Below are positions 28,601 to 38,068 of a DNA stretch of 64,000 nucleotides, one piece after another. A model generated the notes under the pieces. It saw only the letters and a program-made list of their open reading frames with translations. It did not search any database and was not told the origin of the DNA. The position numbers and the translations under genes are program-made. The stretch is from an uncultured bacterium (GTDB lineage Bacteria; Omnitrophota; Omnitrophia; Omnitrophales; Aquincolibacteriaceae): contig CAYZYT010000001.1 of assembly GCA_964482725.1 (NCBI GenBank), forward strand, positions 86,318-150,317, in the 5' to 3' direction. How positions within the stretch are numbered: position 1 is the stretch's first letter; each line of letters starts with the position of its first letter.

Positions 28601-31600
28601 CTAGATCTTCTGACTGGCTTGGCTCACCGCGTCATCGATCTGCTTCACGAATTCCTCTTCGCTCTGGCCCCCAAGGATCTGCTTCACTTGCTGCGGGTTT
28701 TGACGGATCCGCCGGGCTTTCTCTACTAGAGCCGGATCGATCCCTTTTTTCTCAGAAAGAGCGAGGGCTTTGTCCGCGCGATCCAGGGCCTTGGACGCTT
28801 TCTCGGCGGAAAGAGTCTCCTTGCCAAGAGCTTTTTCCTGCTGCTTCATAATATCCTTCGCCTCGCCCCGCTCGATCTTCGGAGAATCTTCCCCGGCGAT
28901 CTTATTCAATTCTTTCTCGAGGTCTTTTTTCTTCGCGTCCATGTAAGCGCTTTCGCGCGGGCTCAGGCCTTCCGTCTTTTCATTGAGCCTTTTCAGTTCT
29001 TTCTCCATAAGATCTTTCCTGATCAGAAGATCCTGATCGGTCATCGCTTGCCCCGAGGTCTTGTAAGATTTGATCTCACCGCCCTCGCCGGGTTTAAAGA
29101 CCGTGGTCTTTCCCTGCGTCGCCTGCCGTGTCCGGACAAACCCGGCCGTGTAGGCGTCTCCGGGACCGGCCGTGGCACCGAACCGGTCATAAGTCTGATA
29201 GCCCACGTCATAAGAACTCAAACCCTTCGTTCTTAAACTCTCATCCACAAAAGCATCCTGAGCTTTGGCGAACTTCTTTGAAAGTTTCTCATTCGCTTTG
29301 ACAAGATCCCCGCCAAAATTCTTATCGGCATAGGTCTTCAGAGAGACCTCGTCGAATTTTGGCAGCGAAGCAAAATCCGCATCGGTATTGACCGAACGGA
29401 CCTTTCGGGAAGCGCTGGAACCGCTATCCCCCACCATCACTTCCTTGATCTTCACGCCGGTGTTCTTCTCAAATTCCGTCATAGTCTTCTTCACGCCGTT
29501 ATCCACCGCGGCATTCACCTCTTGGGAGATCACCTGGTTCATTTTCTTCACATCGTTCGCCCCCAGATGCCCCTTGCGCTCGAGCTGGCTTAATTCCTCC
29601 ATCCCGCCGCCGCGATAAAGTTTTTTGATCGCCTCCGCCCGCGCCGCATCGTCTTTGATCGCAAGAACTTTTTCAACCGACGTTTTCTTTTTGGCCAGCG
29701 ACTTTGAAAGCCCTTCCGTTCCGACTTCCGCGGCCTGTCCGAAGGCTGTCCGCACCGCGGTGGTTGCTTTCTTCGCACCATAAGACATAACCCCGGCCTG
29801 GGCTCTTCCGACCACCTCGGAAGTGGCCATGTTCAGGGTGGTTTTGGCCACCGCGCCCATGATCGAATCGCCGCTCTTCAGATGATCGTAGACCTGATAA
29901 CTCGCGTCGGCGGTGTTGTAAGCAACCTCGGAATAACCGACCGTCACGCTTCCCATAAGCATCCGAAGCGCCATGGCTTTATAAGAGGCTCCACCCTCGG
30001 CATCGGAGCCCGTGACGATCTCGCGCGCCGCGAGCTGCGCGGTATTCGTCATCGTCGCCTTGGAATTCCAGCGGGCATCCAGCGCATCTTGCTTCTGCTG
30101 CTCCTCGAGCTTATCGAGCTTGCTGCGAAGCGCCTCGACTTTTTCATGCTTGGCTTCCGCATCCTTGATCTTCTGTTTCGTGTCCCGGATATCCTGAGAC
30201 ATTCTCTGAAGCTCCTCCCGACGTTTCTGATCCGAGGCCTGGTTGGAGGCCTGGAATTTCTGATAGCTCGACTGTTTCTCCTTGGCCTCTTTTTCATCCA
30301 CCCAGCCCCACTGATCCGTGTAAACCTTGCCCTGACTGATCATGGAGACATCGCTTTCATAGATCTCAGGCTTCACCCACCCGCCTCCGGCCACAGGCGA
30401 CCACACTTTTCCTTCGCCATTCTTTTCCCCGGGTTGGGGGCTTCCGCTGATTTGAGAGGATCCCCCTTCTAAAGAAATAGGCGGAAGTTCTCCTTGGGCA
30501 TCCGTCTTGGGATCCCAGAAATCTCCGTCCAAAACGACCGGAGGCGCTTCTTCAAAAACACTTTCATCCAAAACTTCCTCTTCGTAAGGACTCTCCGTGC
30601 CCCCCCCCGTTGCCGAAAAAAGTTCGTCATAATCCACATCGCGGATCTTTTGGATGATCTCGTCGATCCTCTCCTGCGGTGGCTCTAAAAACTTCTTGTT
30701 CCTTGATTTAAAACCAAGTTCCACAAAGGCAGCCCCGACCCGGAGCTCATAAGAAGTATATACAGGGTCTTTCCCGACTTGCTTAAATCCGCCATCCCCC
30801 AAAGAAACCTTGGTATAGGTCATTTCCGGGCTCGGACTTTTGAGTCGATTATCAATGATGCTCTGAACGAATTTCTCACCCCCCTTAAAAGGATAAAAAA
30901 ACTGCGCGTGAACACTATGCTCCCAGGCAGGTGCGTCATTAGAATCTTCACGAAAAGGCACGATGGGCTCTGAAAAATAGGTTAATAGCATCCAGCTGAG
31001 CCCCGCCTGCTTTCCGCCGCCCGGCATTTTGTCCGTCGTAAGATAAATGCGTTCCGCAAGAAGCGTGCCGGCATTGATCACAAGCGGCTTAAGCGGGGCC
31101 GGAAGACGATCGAACTTGGGATTTCCTTTTTTAAATATCGCACGCCAACCCCCACTTGAGATCTCCGAGAGGATCTTTTCCACCATCGGATAAAAATCCA
31201 TCTGTTGTCCCATAAGCTTTATGGTGTCTGGCGACGTCGATGCATTGAAATAAACCACAGCGCCATCTTTTAGCGCGGCAAAATGCCACTGCTCGGAAGT
31301 TTTACCTTGCCCCCCATCCATAGTTTTTTTGGTCACAAAGCTTTCATCCGCGCCCTTCACCGGAGAAGCGTCTTTGGCGCCATACTGATAATTGTCCTTG
31401 ACCCACTGTTTACGGGTTGCGTACATCCTTTTTTGAAACCCTCCCCATTCCCCTCTGGGGCTAAAAAGATTGATCCGCACGTCGATATCCCATAACCGTT
31501 GTTTTTGGGGCCCGTAAGTTGGGTCATTCACCACCCTACTTTTCTCACGGGAATAATCCAATTCGACTTCATCTGCAGAAAAAGAGTTCCCGACGCTGGT

Positions 31601-33799
31601 TCGTTCAGAATCTCTCTCTCCTTTCTCTGCATAGTTTAGGATCAGTCCCTGTAAAACCCCGGGGATCTTGCCTGGACCAAATTGGGTTTTGTCCGTTGCC
31701 TCCTGATCCTTCGTCCACAGATCGTCGGAAATGACATAATCACATGGTCCGGAATCCGGAGCGGCCGGCTGCTTGGCCGCTTGGGCCTTCACGATCAGCT
31801 TCACGGGAAGTTTCTGCACTAATTTCCCCTGCGGATCACGGACCTCCACATCGGTCGAATAATTTCCGGTCCCGAGATTCTTCGTTTTATAGGCTAATTG
31901 AAAAGCAGCCTTCTGGCCGGCGGGGAGAGTCCCTTGCGCGGGCTCCACTATCAGCCAAGCTTCGTTGGTTTTGAGCGTGTAGGAAAATGGGCCGCCGCCA
32001 TTCGTTATTTCAAATGTTCCGGCAGGAGCGTCACTGCCCCGGAGGATCTCGGATGACAGATCCGCAGGATTAAGGGAAAGTCCGACTGTGCTTTTCACCT
32101 TCACGGTCACAGGGATCACGATCGGTTCTTTGAGGCCTTCTGACTCGACCTTGATCCCGGCTTTTTGCTCATCGCTACCGATTGAACGAGTATGGATAAC
32201 CGCCGCCAAGGCAGACTCCCCGCCGCTCCGGACAACGCCTTCCTGCGGGGTGACGACCAGCCAGGAGGAATCGCTTGATGTTTTAAATGTCACATCCTCA
32301 GAACCTGAATTTTTCAAAACAAGAGATTGCGGTTTCGGGTCTTGGCCGCTCTCCCCTTCAACGTTCAACGCCGAAGGTTCCACCCGAAGCGTGAAAACGG
32401 CTTCGACCTTGAGTTTCACAGAAAGTTTTTCTGGGCTGTTCTCCGCGTTGGGATCTATCACTTGGATCGTGGCCGGATAATCGCCCGCTTTCAGTCCGGA
32501 GGCGCGAACCTTTAAACTGATTTGCGCTGAATCATCTTTTTCAAGGTTCCCTGAAACAGAATCCAGTTCAAGCCACGCAGCATCTTTAACGCACTGGTAA
32601 TGCAACGTTCCGTCGCCGTCATTTTTAAGGGTAAAAGTTGCCGCCGCTTCAAGGTCCTTCCCAGCTTCGGTCTTCAGCTCAAGGACTTGCGGTTCCAGTT
32701 GAATCACGGGAGGCGTCGTGAGCTTGAGCGTTACCGGGATCTTTTTTGAGATCTTTGCGGTTTCATCGGCAATGACGATCTCACTTGTTTGCTCGCCGGG
32801 TGGGATCTCTTTCGTATCATAATTGACCGTAAGAACAGCTTCCTCACCGCCTTGCAGGGTCTTCGCGGCAGGCGTCACGGAAAGCCAAGGGCTCTTGGCT
32901 TCAACCTTGATCGTAACAGCAGACGATCCCGTATTCTCCACACGAAGGGTTTGAGGATTGACCGGTTTTCCTTTCACCGCTTCAGCGGATAGCGCCTGGG
33001 CACTTAGCGAAAGAACATCATTCGTCATAACGAACGCTGTGACCTGAACATTTTGAGGACTGTTCTTGGCGCCCGGCGCGATCACCTCGATCGTGGCAAC
33101 GTGGGTTCCGGCTGACATCGCGGAGCCTTGCATTTTGACGGTCACAGGAACGGATTGGCCGCTGGCGATCGACCCCTTCCCAGGCTCCGCGGTCATCCAT
33201 GAACTGCTGCCTTCTTCTGAAGCCATCCGCAGCGAATAATCAAGTGTTCCGGCGCCCTGGTTTTGGATTACAAAGGTCTGGTCCCCAGCCTTCTCCCCTT
33301 GCCGGAATTTCGTGCTTATTTGTCTCTTGTCCAGCATAAGCACTGCGCCGGGAAGAACACCCAGACGAACGAATATTGTTTGCGGACTGTTCTGAGCGTT
33401 TGCGTCCTCGATCACGATAGGTGCTACATAGTTACCTTCTTGAAGGTCCGCGGTCTTGAAACGAAGAGTGATCGGCTGCTCCGTATCGCCGGAGGAGGTG
33501 CCTTGCGTGGGGCTCGCCTCCACCCAGGGCATATTTGATTTGACGGAGAAGTTGAGAGTCCCGGCCCCGCTGTTTTTAACGCTGAAGCTTGCGTCCTGAA
33601 TGTTCTCTCCCATAACTCCCTGCCCCTTGAGCTCGGTTCCGCTCAAAACAATGAACGGCTTGCTCGGGTCTTTTGGGGTTTCGGTGAGGGAGGTTTTCAG
33701 CGTTTGAGTCAGATCCTCGAGCAAACCGGCGGAACTGACGGGGAGCATAAAAACACAGCACAAAATCAAGGCCAGGGATGCGCTGCGGACAAATTTCAT
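28601..33799 (-). CDS. Giant secreted protein (1733 aa) with about 7 tandem Ig-like beta-sandwich repeats, a central domain of unknown function, and a C-terminal coiled-coil/charged region
   Basis: The ATG at 33799 (MKFVRSASLALILCCVFMLPVSSAG, a signal peptide) has a GGGAG RBS 8 nt upstream; the ORF track extends to 34063. It contains repeating ~95-aa modules with the pattern ...G.GTL.Y.V....WL.V.P..G.......Q.V.V........G.Y...I.V.....NSPQ.I.V.L.V. The C-terminus has long K/E-rich coiled-coil stretches. Confidence 0.8.
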   Translation of the reverse strand: MKFVRSASLALILCCVFMLPVSSAGLLEDLTQTLKTSLTETPKDPSKPFIVLSGTELKGQGVMGENIQDASFSVKNSGAGTLNFSVKSNMPWVEASPTQGTSSGDTEQPITLRFKTADLQEGNYVAPIVIEDANAQNSPQTIFVRLGVLPGAVLMLDKRQISTKFRQGEKAGDQTFVIQNQGAGTLDYSLRMASEEGSSSWMTAEPGKGSIASGQSVPVTVKMQGSAMSAGTHVATIEVIAPGAKNSPQNVQVTAFVMTNDVLSLSAQALSAEAVKGKPVNPQTLRVENTGSSAVTIKVEAKSPWLSVTPAAKTLQGGEEAVLTVNYDTKEIPPGEQTSEIVIADETAKISKKIPVTLKLTTPPVIQLEPQVLELKTEAGKDLEAAATFTLKNDGDGTLHYQCVKDAAWLELDSVSGNLEKDDSAQISLKVRASGLKAGDYPATIQVIDPNAENSPEKLSVKLKVEAVFTLRVEPSALNVEGESGQDPKPQSLVLKNSGSEDVTFKTSSDSSWLVVTPQEGVVRSGGESALAAVIHTRSIGSDEQKAGIKVESEGLKEPIVIPVTVKVKSTVGLSLNPADLSSEILRGSDAPAGTFEITNGGGPFSYTLKTNEAWLIVEPAQGTLPAGQKAAFQLAYKTKNLGTGNYSTDVEVRDPQGKLVQKLPVKLIVKAQAAKQPAAPDSGPCDYVISDDLWTKDQEATDKTQFGPGKIPGVLQGLILNYAEKGERDSERTSVGNSFSADEVELDYSREKSRVVNDPTYGPQKQRLWDIDVRINLFSPRGEWGGFQKRMYATRKQWVKDNYQYGAKDASPVKGADESFVTKKTMDGGQGKTSEQWHFAALKDGAVVYFNASTSPDTIKLMGQQMDFYPMVEKILSEISSGGWRAIFKKGNPKFDRLPAPLKPLVINAGTLLAERIYLTTDKMPGGGKQAGLSWMLLTYFSEPIVPFREDSNDAPAWEHSVHAQFFYPFKGGEKFVQSIIDNRLKSPSPEMTYTKVSLGDGGFKQVGKDPVYTSYELRVGAAFVELGFKSRNKKFLEPPQERIDEIIQKIRDVDYDELFSATGGGTESPYEEEVLDESVFEEAPPVVLDGDFWDPKTDAQGELPPISLEGGSSQISGSPQPGEKNGEGKVWSPVAGGGWVKPEIYESDVSMISQGKVYTDQWGWVDEKEAKEKQSSYQKFQASNQASDQKRREELQRMSQDIRDTKQKIKDAEAKHEKVEALRSKLDKLEEQQKQDALDARWNSKATMTNTAQLAAREIVTGSDAEGGASYKAMALRMLMGSVTVGYSEVAYNTADASYQVYDHLKSGDSIMGAVAKTTLNMATSEVVGRAQAGVMSYGAKKATTAVRTAFGQAAEVGTEGLSKSLAKKKTSVEKVLAIKDDAARAEAIKKLYRGGGMEELSQLERKGHLGANDVKKMNQVISQEVNAAVDNGVKKTMTEFEKNTGVKIKEVMVGDSGSSASRKVRSVNTDADFASLPKFDEVSLKTYADKNFGGDLVKANEKLSKKFAKAQDAFVDESLRTKGLSSYDVGYQTYDRFGATAGPGDAYTAGFVRTRQATQGKTTVFKPGEGGEIKSYKTSGQAMTDQDLLIRKDLMEKELKRLNEKTEGLSPRESAYMDAKKKDLEKELNKIAGEDSPKIERGEAKDIMKQQEKALGKETLSAEKASKALDRADKALALSEKKGIDPALVEKARRIRQNPQQVKQILGGQSEEEFVKQIDDAVSQASQKI

Positions 33800-33903
33800 A
33801 TTTGATCTCCCGGAGCAAAGCAGTAATGAGATCCCATTTATAAAAAAACGGCCGGAGCTTTTAGACCCGGCCGTTTCCACTGAGTCTATTGTGCCACTTA
33901 ACG

Positions 33904-34176
33904 CTAGAACCCCATTTTCCTTTTCATGTCGTTGCCAGACTTCTGGGCTTCCTTCATGACCTTCTCGGCTTCCCGTCTGGTACAGGCGCCAAGACGATCC
34001 GCTTTTCGTTTTAACAGGATCTGATCCTTTTCCATCCCCTGCTTTCCAAGCGTCCCAAACCAATCTCCGGCTTGATCGATCGGAGTATCCTTAGTGCAAT
34101 CCGCGGCATAAGCGGTCAGGGTGAACCCGCCAAGCATAAGAGTGACAACAAAAAACGCGATGACGAATTTACGCAT
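33904..34176 (-). CDS. Small secreted protein (90 aa), first gene of the operon encoding the giant Ig-repeat protein
   Basis: Signal peptide (MRKFVIAFFVVTLMLGGFTLTAYA). Two Cys and a K/E-rich tail. Confidence 0.5.
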   Translation of the reverse strand: MRKFVIAFFVVTLMLGGFTLTAYAADCTKDTPIDQAGDWFGTLGKQGMEKDQILLKRKADRLGACTRREAEKVMKEAQKSGNDMKRKMGF

Positions 34177-34218
34177 GTTTTTTTCCTTTCGTTTGTTTGG
34201 AGCTACAAAAAACTGCTG

Positions 34219-34230
34219 TGATTATAATCA
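34219..34230 (-). promoter_or_regulatory. Perfect 12-bp palindrome TGATTATAATCA containing a TATAAT -10-like hexamer. Candidate promoter for the 33904..34176 / giant Ig-repeat protein operon.
   Basis: Read directly from the sequence. It lies about 45 nt upstream of the ATG at 34176. Confidence 0.4.
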
Positions 34231-34273
34231 TAAATCCCGCCCTCGCAACCCCCAAGATGACGGGCGAAAGTCT

Positions 34274-34588
34274 TTAAAAAATTCCTGCCTGTTTATAGTA
34301 ATCGAGAAGGGTTTTAACCGCATGGAGAAACACGGCCACCAGAGCATAGGTCAAGCCCAGCACGATCACCGTCAAGGCAACCTTTTTGCGCCGGCTATAC
34401 ACCGGATTAAACCAAACCAACGGCAAAGCGAACGGCCCCACAGTCAAAAAGCTGATCACTAAAGTCGCGGTCTTGGCATACCATGGAACTTGCGACGCCT
34501 GGGGAAGCTCGGTTAAGAATTCGCCACAATGTTTACATTTGACCGCCTCATCTTGGATCGCCTCAGCGCAAAACGGACATTTTTTCAT
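34274..34588 (-). CDS. Zinc-ribbon membrane protein (N-terminal CxxC-x11-CxxC, then 2 TM helices)
   Basis: MKKCPFCAEAIQDEAVKCKHCGEF is followed by hydrophobic helices (TATLVISFLTVGPFALPLVWF and VALTVIVLGLTYALVAVFLHAV). The first ATG is at 34588; the ORF-track start at 34630 is a TTG. Confidence 0.5.
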   Translation of the reverse strand: MKKCPFCAEAIQDEAVKCKHCGEFLTELPQASQVPWYAKTATLVISFLTVGPFALPLVWFNPVYSRRKKVALTVIVLGLTYALVAVFLHAVKTLLDYYKQAGIF

Positions 34589-34595
34589 AGAAAAG

Positions 34596-34841
34596 TTAAG
34601 GCCTTTTGAAGAAACGTTTGATCCATTCAAAAAAACAACCGGCTAGACAACTCGCGGGCGCAAGCCGACTGCCACAGAAAACACAATTCAGAGACTCCGA
34701 GGGCGTCTCTTTCTTACAGGAAGAACAAACGACCGTTTGGGGAGCCGAGACCTCTTCCCGCTCCCATTGCTTCTGGAGTTTTGGGGGAGGTTCCTCGTCT
34801 TTCAGCTCCCAATCCTTCGGCCCCTCTTCATCGTCAAACAT
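34596..34841 (-). CDS. Small acidic zinc-ribbon protein (81 aa)
   Basis: A CSSC...CVFCGSRL zinc-ribbon motif follows an acidic N-terminus. It is 8 nt upstream of, and likely coupled to, the next zinc-ribbon gene. Confidence 0.4.
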   Translation of the reverse strand: MFDDEEGPKDWELKDEEPPPKLQKQWEREEVSAPQTVVCSSCKKETPSESLNCVFCGSRLAPASCLAGCFFEWIKRFFKRP

Positions 34842-34888
34842 CCGAACTCCCCCCGGCTCTCCGAACCTGAAAACCTAATTAAGGATGG

Positions 34889-35923
34889 TTAGATCACGTT
34901 CACTTCGGGAGACAACTCAATCCCGAACTTCTCTTTTACGGAGCAGAAAATAGCCTCCGAAAGCTCCAGGATCTCTCGGCCAGTTGCGCCCCCATAATTG
35001 ACGAGCACCAGCGCTTGAGTCTTGTGAGATCCCGCACGCCCCACGGTCTTCCCCTTCCATCCGCATTGTTCCACAAGCCAACCTGCAGGGACCTTCACGG
35101 TACCATCGGGCTGAGGATAGTGCGGCATCTTGGGGTATTGGGAGGCAAGCGTTTCAAATCGACCCAGAGCCATAGAAGGATTTTTGAAAAAACTTCCGGC
35201 ATTCCCAAGCTCTTTCGGGTCCGGAAGCTTGGCGCGCCGTATCCGGCAGATCGCATCACTCACCGCTTTGAGGGAAAGCTCCTGAGCCTTCATTTCCTCC
35301 AAGGTTTTTCGAACCTCGCCGTATTCCATCCGAAAAGGATAATGACTATGGGTCGCAGAAAGTTTTGCGAGTTTGAACGAAACCGATGTGATGAGGAATT
35401 GCCCCTGAAATTTATGTTTAAAAACGCTGTCCCGATATCCGAAGGCGCAATCCGCAGCATTGAATTTCGCCAAAGTCCCCGAACGAATATCGATCGCTTC
35501 CAGCTCATAAAATGTGTCCTTGAGCTCGACACCGTAAGCCCCAATATTCTGGATCGGGGCGGCCCCGATGAGGCCCGGGATCAAGGAGAGATTCTCGAGT
35601 CCTCCGTAATTCTTTTCGATGCACCCCAACACGAAATCGTGCCAGCCCTCCCCAGCGCCGGCCTTCACGATCACTTCCGTCGTGGTCTCATTCACAACCG
35701 TAACGCCGAGGATCGAATTCTTCACGACCCAGCCGTCAAAATCCCCTGTCAAAAGAATATTGCTGCCACCGCCCAGGATCAGCTTCTTTTCTGAGGAGAA
35801 CCGCTCGTCGCTCACAAGCGCTTTGAATTCCTCCGCCGAGCGGATCTCTGTGAAATGTTTCGCCGCAGCGTCGATTCCAAACGTATTATGCGCTTTGAGA
35901 GACTTATTTTTTTCGGTCATCAT
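34889..35923 (-). CDS. murB: UDP-N-acetylenolpyruvoylglucosamine reductase
   Basis: FAD-binding domain motifs (LILGGGSNILL, GAGEGWHDFV, GLENLSLIPGLIGAAPIQNIGAYGVE) and the MurB C-terminal domain. Confidence 0.9.
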   Translation of the reverse strand: MMTEKNKSLKAHNTFGIDAAAKHFTEIRSAEEFKALVSDERFSSEKKLILGGGSNILLTGDFDGWVVKNSILGVTVVNETTTEVIVKAGAGEGWHDFVLGCIEKNYGGLENLSLIPGLIGAAPIQNIGAYGVELKDTFYELEAIDIRSGTLAKFNAADCAFGYRDSVFKHKFQGQFLITSVSFKLAKLSATHSHYPFRMEYGEVRKTLEEMKAQELSLKAVSDAICRIRRAKLPDPKELGNAGSFFKNPSMALGRFETLASQYPKMPHYPQPDGTVKVPAGWLVEQCGWKGKTVGRAGSHKTQALVLVNYGGATGREILELSEAIFCSVKEKFGIELSPEVNVI

Positions 35924-35938
35924 ACGATCAAGGAAGTC

Positions 35939-36097
35939 CTAGCTCTTCTTTTTATCCTGATGGGCCGGGATCCCGAAGCAGACGACGAAATTCCCCCACA
36001 GGACCGGATTAAAGAGCATCCTGATCTGATGATCCCATTTAAAAAGGACCTTTTCATCTCCGAGTGCAGTGGACGCAGACTTTGGGTTGTTATCCAT
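35939..36097 (-). CDS. Possible small protein (52 aa) upstream of murB. Below the ORF-track size cutoff.
   Basis: Hand translation gives MDNNPKSASTALGDEKVLFKWDHQIRMLFNPVLWGNFVVCFGIPAHQDKKKS. A GGAGAG RBS is 6 nt upstream of the ATG at 36097. It ends 16 nt before the murB start. It could be spurious. Confidence 0.25.
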   Translation of the reverse strand: MDNNPKSASTALGDEKVLFKWDHQIRMLFNPVLWGNFVVCFGIPAHQDKKKS

Positions 36098-36174
36098 TTT
36101 TCTCTCCACTTTCAGGATGGCGATTAAGTTCGCTGTAAAGAGGGGCCATTATACCCCCGATGCTTTTTGGGGGG

Positions 36175-36837
36175 TCAGGATTTTCGCTTATGCGCTTTGG
36201 CTTTTTTGGGAACCGGTGTAGTTTTTGCGGGGGCTTCCGATCCTCCCCAGAATCCCCGCTTCTGCTCTTTGGCTTCGTCCTGTAACGTTGAAAAAAGCTC
36301 CTGGAACTTCACGTTGGGCGGAAGGATCTTCCTTTGAGCGTAGCCGGACTTGATCAGCGTGGCATTCAGGAACACCCGGAACTGTCTTTCCTCAGTCCCC
36401 GGACTGAGTTCCACAGACCACTCGTCGGGTATTTTCATATCGAGATGGGGATCCAGATAAAAATAAGCATACACCCATCGCCGGCCAGACTTTTCCTTCT
36501 CCTTCTCCTGCTCATCATATTCTAAAACGATCTTTTCGTTCTTGACCAACTTGCGAAGAAATTTTGCAGCATTCTTCCCGGCCGCAATGAGCGTCGGGCC
36601 GTCCTTGCCGGTGCTCTTGACATCATCGCGAAGCTTGGCGTTTTTGGAAGAAGCAGGCACATCGATCCCGATCAGACGGACTTTCTCGCCGCTGGCGAGT
36701 TGAAGTGTTTCGCCATCAATAACGCTGATCACGATCACAGGATCGGAAGCTTGGCAGGAGTTGAACGGAAGGAGGATCGAAAGAGCTAAGACCCCTCCCA
36801 GCAAAAAGGCTGCCTTGGCCCTCATCGGTAAATCCAC
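36175..36837 (-). CDS. Secreted thermonuclease (staphylococcal nuclease, SNase-like) homologue
   Basis: Signal peptide, then an SNase-like core (VISVIDGETLQLASGEKVRLIGIDVPA ... RRWVYAYFYLD). Confidence 0.65.
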   Translation of the reverse strand: MDLPMRAKAAFLLGGVLALSILLPFNSCQASDPVIVISVIDGETLQLASGEKVRLIGIDVPASSKNAKLRDDVKSTGKDGPTLIAAGKNAAKFLRKLVKNEKIVLEYDEQEKEKEKSGRRWVYAYFYLDPHLDMKIPDEWSVELSPGTEERQFRVFLNATLIKSGYAQRKILPPNVKFQELFSTLQDEAKEQKRGFWGGSEAPAKTTPVPKKAKAHKRKS

Positions 36838-36898
36838 GCGTTGGTTCGCATTTTATCCCCGGGTGCTTTCGCCCCTCGGAAACCCGGGGGCTTGCGTC

Positions 36899-37063
36899 TT
36901 ATTTTTTGCAATCTTTCAGGAGAGTAATCACCGCATCCATTTGAGCGGATATTTTTTGAAGTATCTCCAACTGTTCTTTCGACATTCTTTCCTGCTTTTC
37001 CTGCATCTGCTTGGCTTCACCCGCTATTTTCGCCATATCCCCCAACTTGCTAAGATCGAACAT
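36899..37063 (-). CDS. Small protein (54 aa) resembling the N-terminal half of the YbaB/EbfC nucleoid-associated protein. Below the ORF-track cutoff.
   Basis: Hand translation gives MFDLSKLGDMAKIAGEAKQMQEKQERMSKEQLEILQKISAQMDAVITLLKDCKK. There is a strong GGGGAGGA RBS. The N-terminus resembles YbaB (M..LGNMMKQAQQMQEKMQ), but the protein is about half the usual length. A hairpin lies at 36857..36889 downstream. Confidence 0.35.
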   Translation of the reverse strand: MFDLSKLGDMAKIAGEAKQMQEKQERMSKEQLEILQKISAQMDAVITLLKDCKK

Positions 37064-37105
37064 TGTTCCTCCCCTGAAAGGTGAACGGTGTCATGCGCTT
37101 CGTTG

Positions 37106-37987
37106 TTATGATTTCGGAAAAAGGAACTGTACCGTGTACCGGACCGTCCAATCCGCTTGATACCTCGGCCGTTCCAAATTATACAAACCCTGAACGCTCA
37201 TGTTGACCGGTGTCTTTCCAAAATGCAAAAGTTTGCCAAGGCCGCCCCCGACGGGGAGCGTCCATTTTTCTCCGTTTTTGGCCTCCCAATTCGCAGTCAT
37301 GATCGGAGAGGTAAAAACGAACCAACCCTTCTGAAGGTTGTAATTGATGAAGGGCTGCAGAGTCATGTTGTTCACATCTTTGCGGTTCCGGTTTCCGGCG
37401 TAAGACCAGAGATTATTGACGAGCGCGCCCAGCAACCAGCGCCCCTTGGAATACACAACGACCCCGGTCGGCCCGATCGACCATTTTTCAAGACCCAGCG
37501 TACGATCGGTCGCCGTCGGGAATTGGAACACCGGCCCCACGCCCACCATGAGATTCCCGAAAGGGGGCGGCGTAAAGAAAAAAGAGCTTGTGAGATCGCC
37601 CAAGCCTCCCGTATTGCGTGGCCATGGTTGGGCGACCACCGGAAGAATGTTCCGTGTAATAAGCGTCCATTTTCGAGGCAGTGCGATGGGATAGACCGGT
37701 TGGATGTTGCAAACGTACTGCATCTTGCCGTGCGGGCCATATCCGAGATTGAAATTATTCTGGAACGGAACGCTCACCATGTTCGCGATCGGATTTTGCG
37801 CTGCCTTAATAAGGGCTTCATTCTTTTGCTCCGCCGTAAGCGCGCTGGGATCCACGCCACGGGCTTGAGCAAGCGCGCTCAGAGTTTCCACCGCGCGAGC
37901 CGGCCTGGGCGAAAGGATCAAGCTGCCGGAGATCGCGAGGACGCAAATAAAAGAACCTGCTTTTTTTATAAACATCTCCCCCCCCAT
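37106..37987 (-). CDS. Outer-membrane beta-barrel protein (transporter / MetA-pathway-of-phenol-degradation-like family)
   Basis: Signal peptide, then alternating beta-strand pattern rich in aromatics and Gly (ANMVSVPFQNNFNLGYGP...). Ends ...FLFPKS. The choice of start (37987 or 37975) is ambiguous. Confidence 0.55.
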   Translation of the reverse strand: MGGEMFIKKAGSFICVLAISGSLILSPRPARAVETLSALAQARGVDPSALTAEQKNEALIKAAQNPIANMVSVPFQNNFNLGYGPHGKMQYVCNIQPVYPIALPRKWTLITRNILPVVAQPWPRNTGGLGDLTSSFFFTPPPFGNLMVGVGPVFQFPTATDRTLGLEKWSIGPTGVVVYSKGRWLLGALVNNLWSYAGNRNRKDVNNMTLQPFINYNLQKGWFVFTSPIMTANWEAKNGEKWTLPVGGGLGKLLHFGKTPVNMSVQGLYNLERPRYQADWTVRYTVQFLFPKS

Positions 37988-38068
37988 TTTATCGGATTAT
38001 GATGCTGAGCCCCGGCGAGGGCGAAGGATCTTCCATGCGTTGTTCCGCTCATCAGAAGGGTCCGTTCC

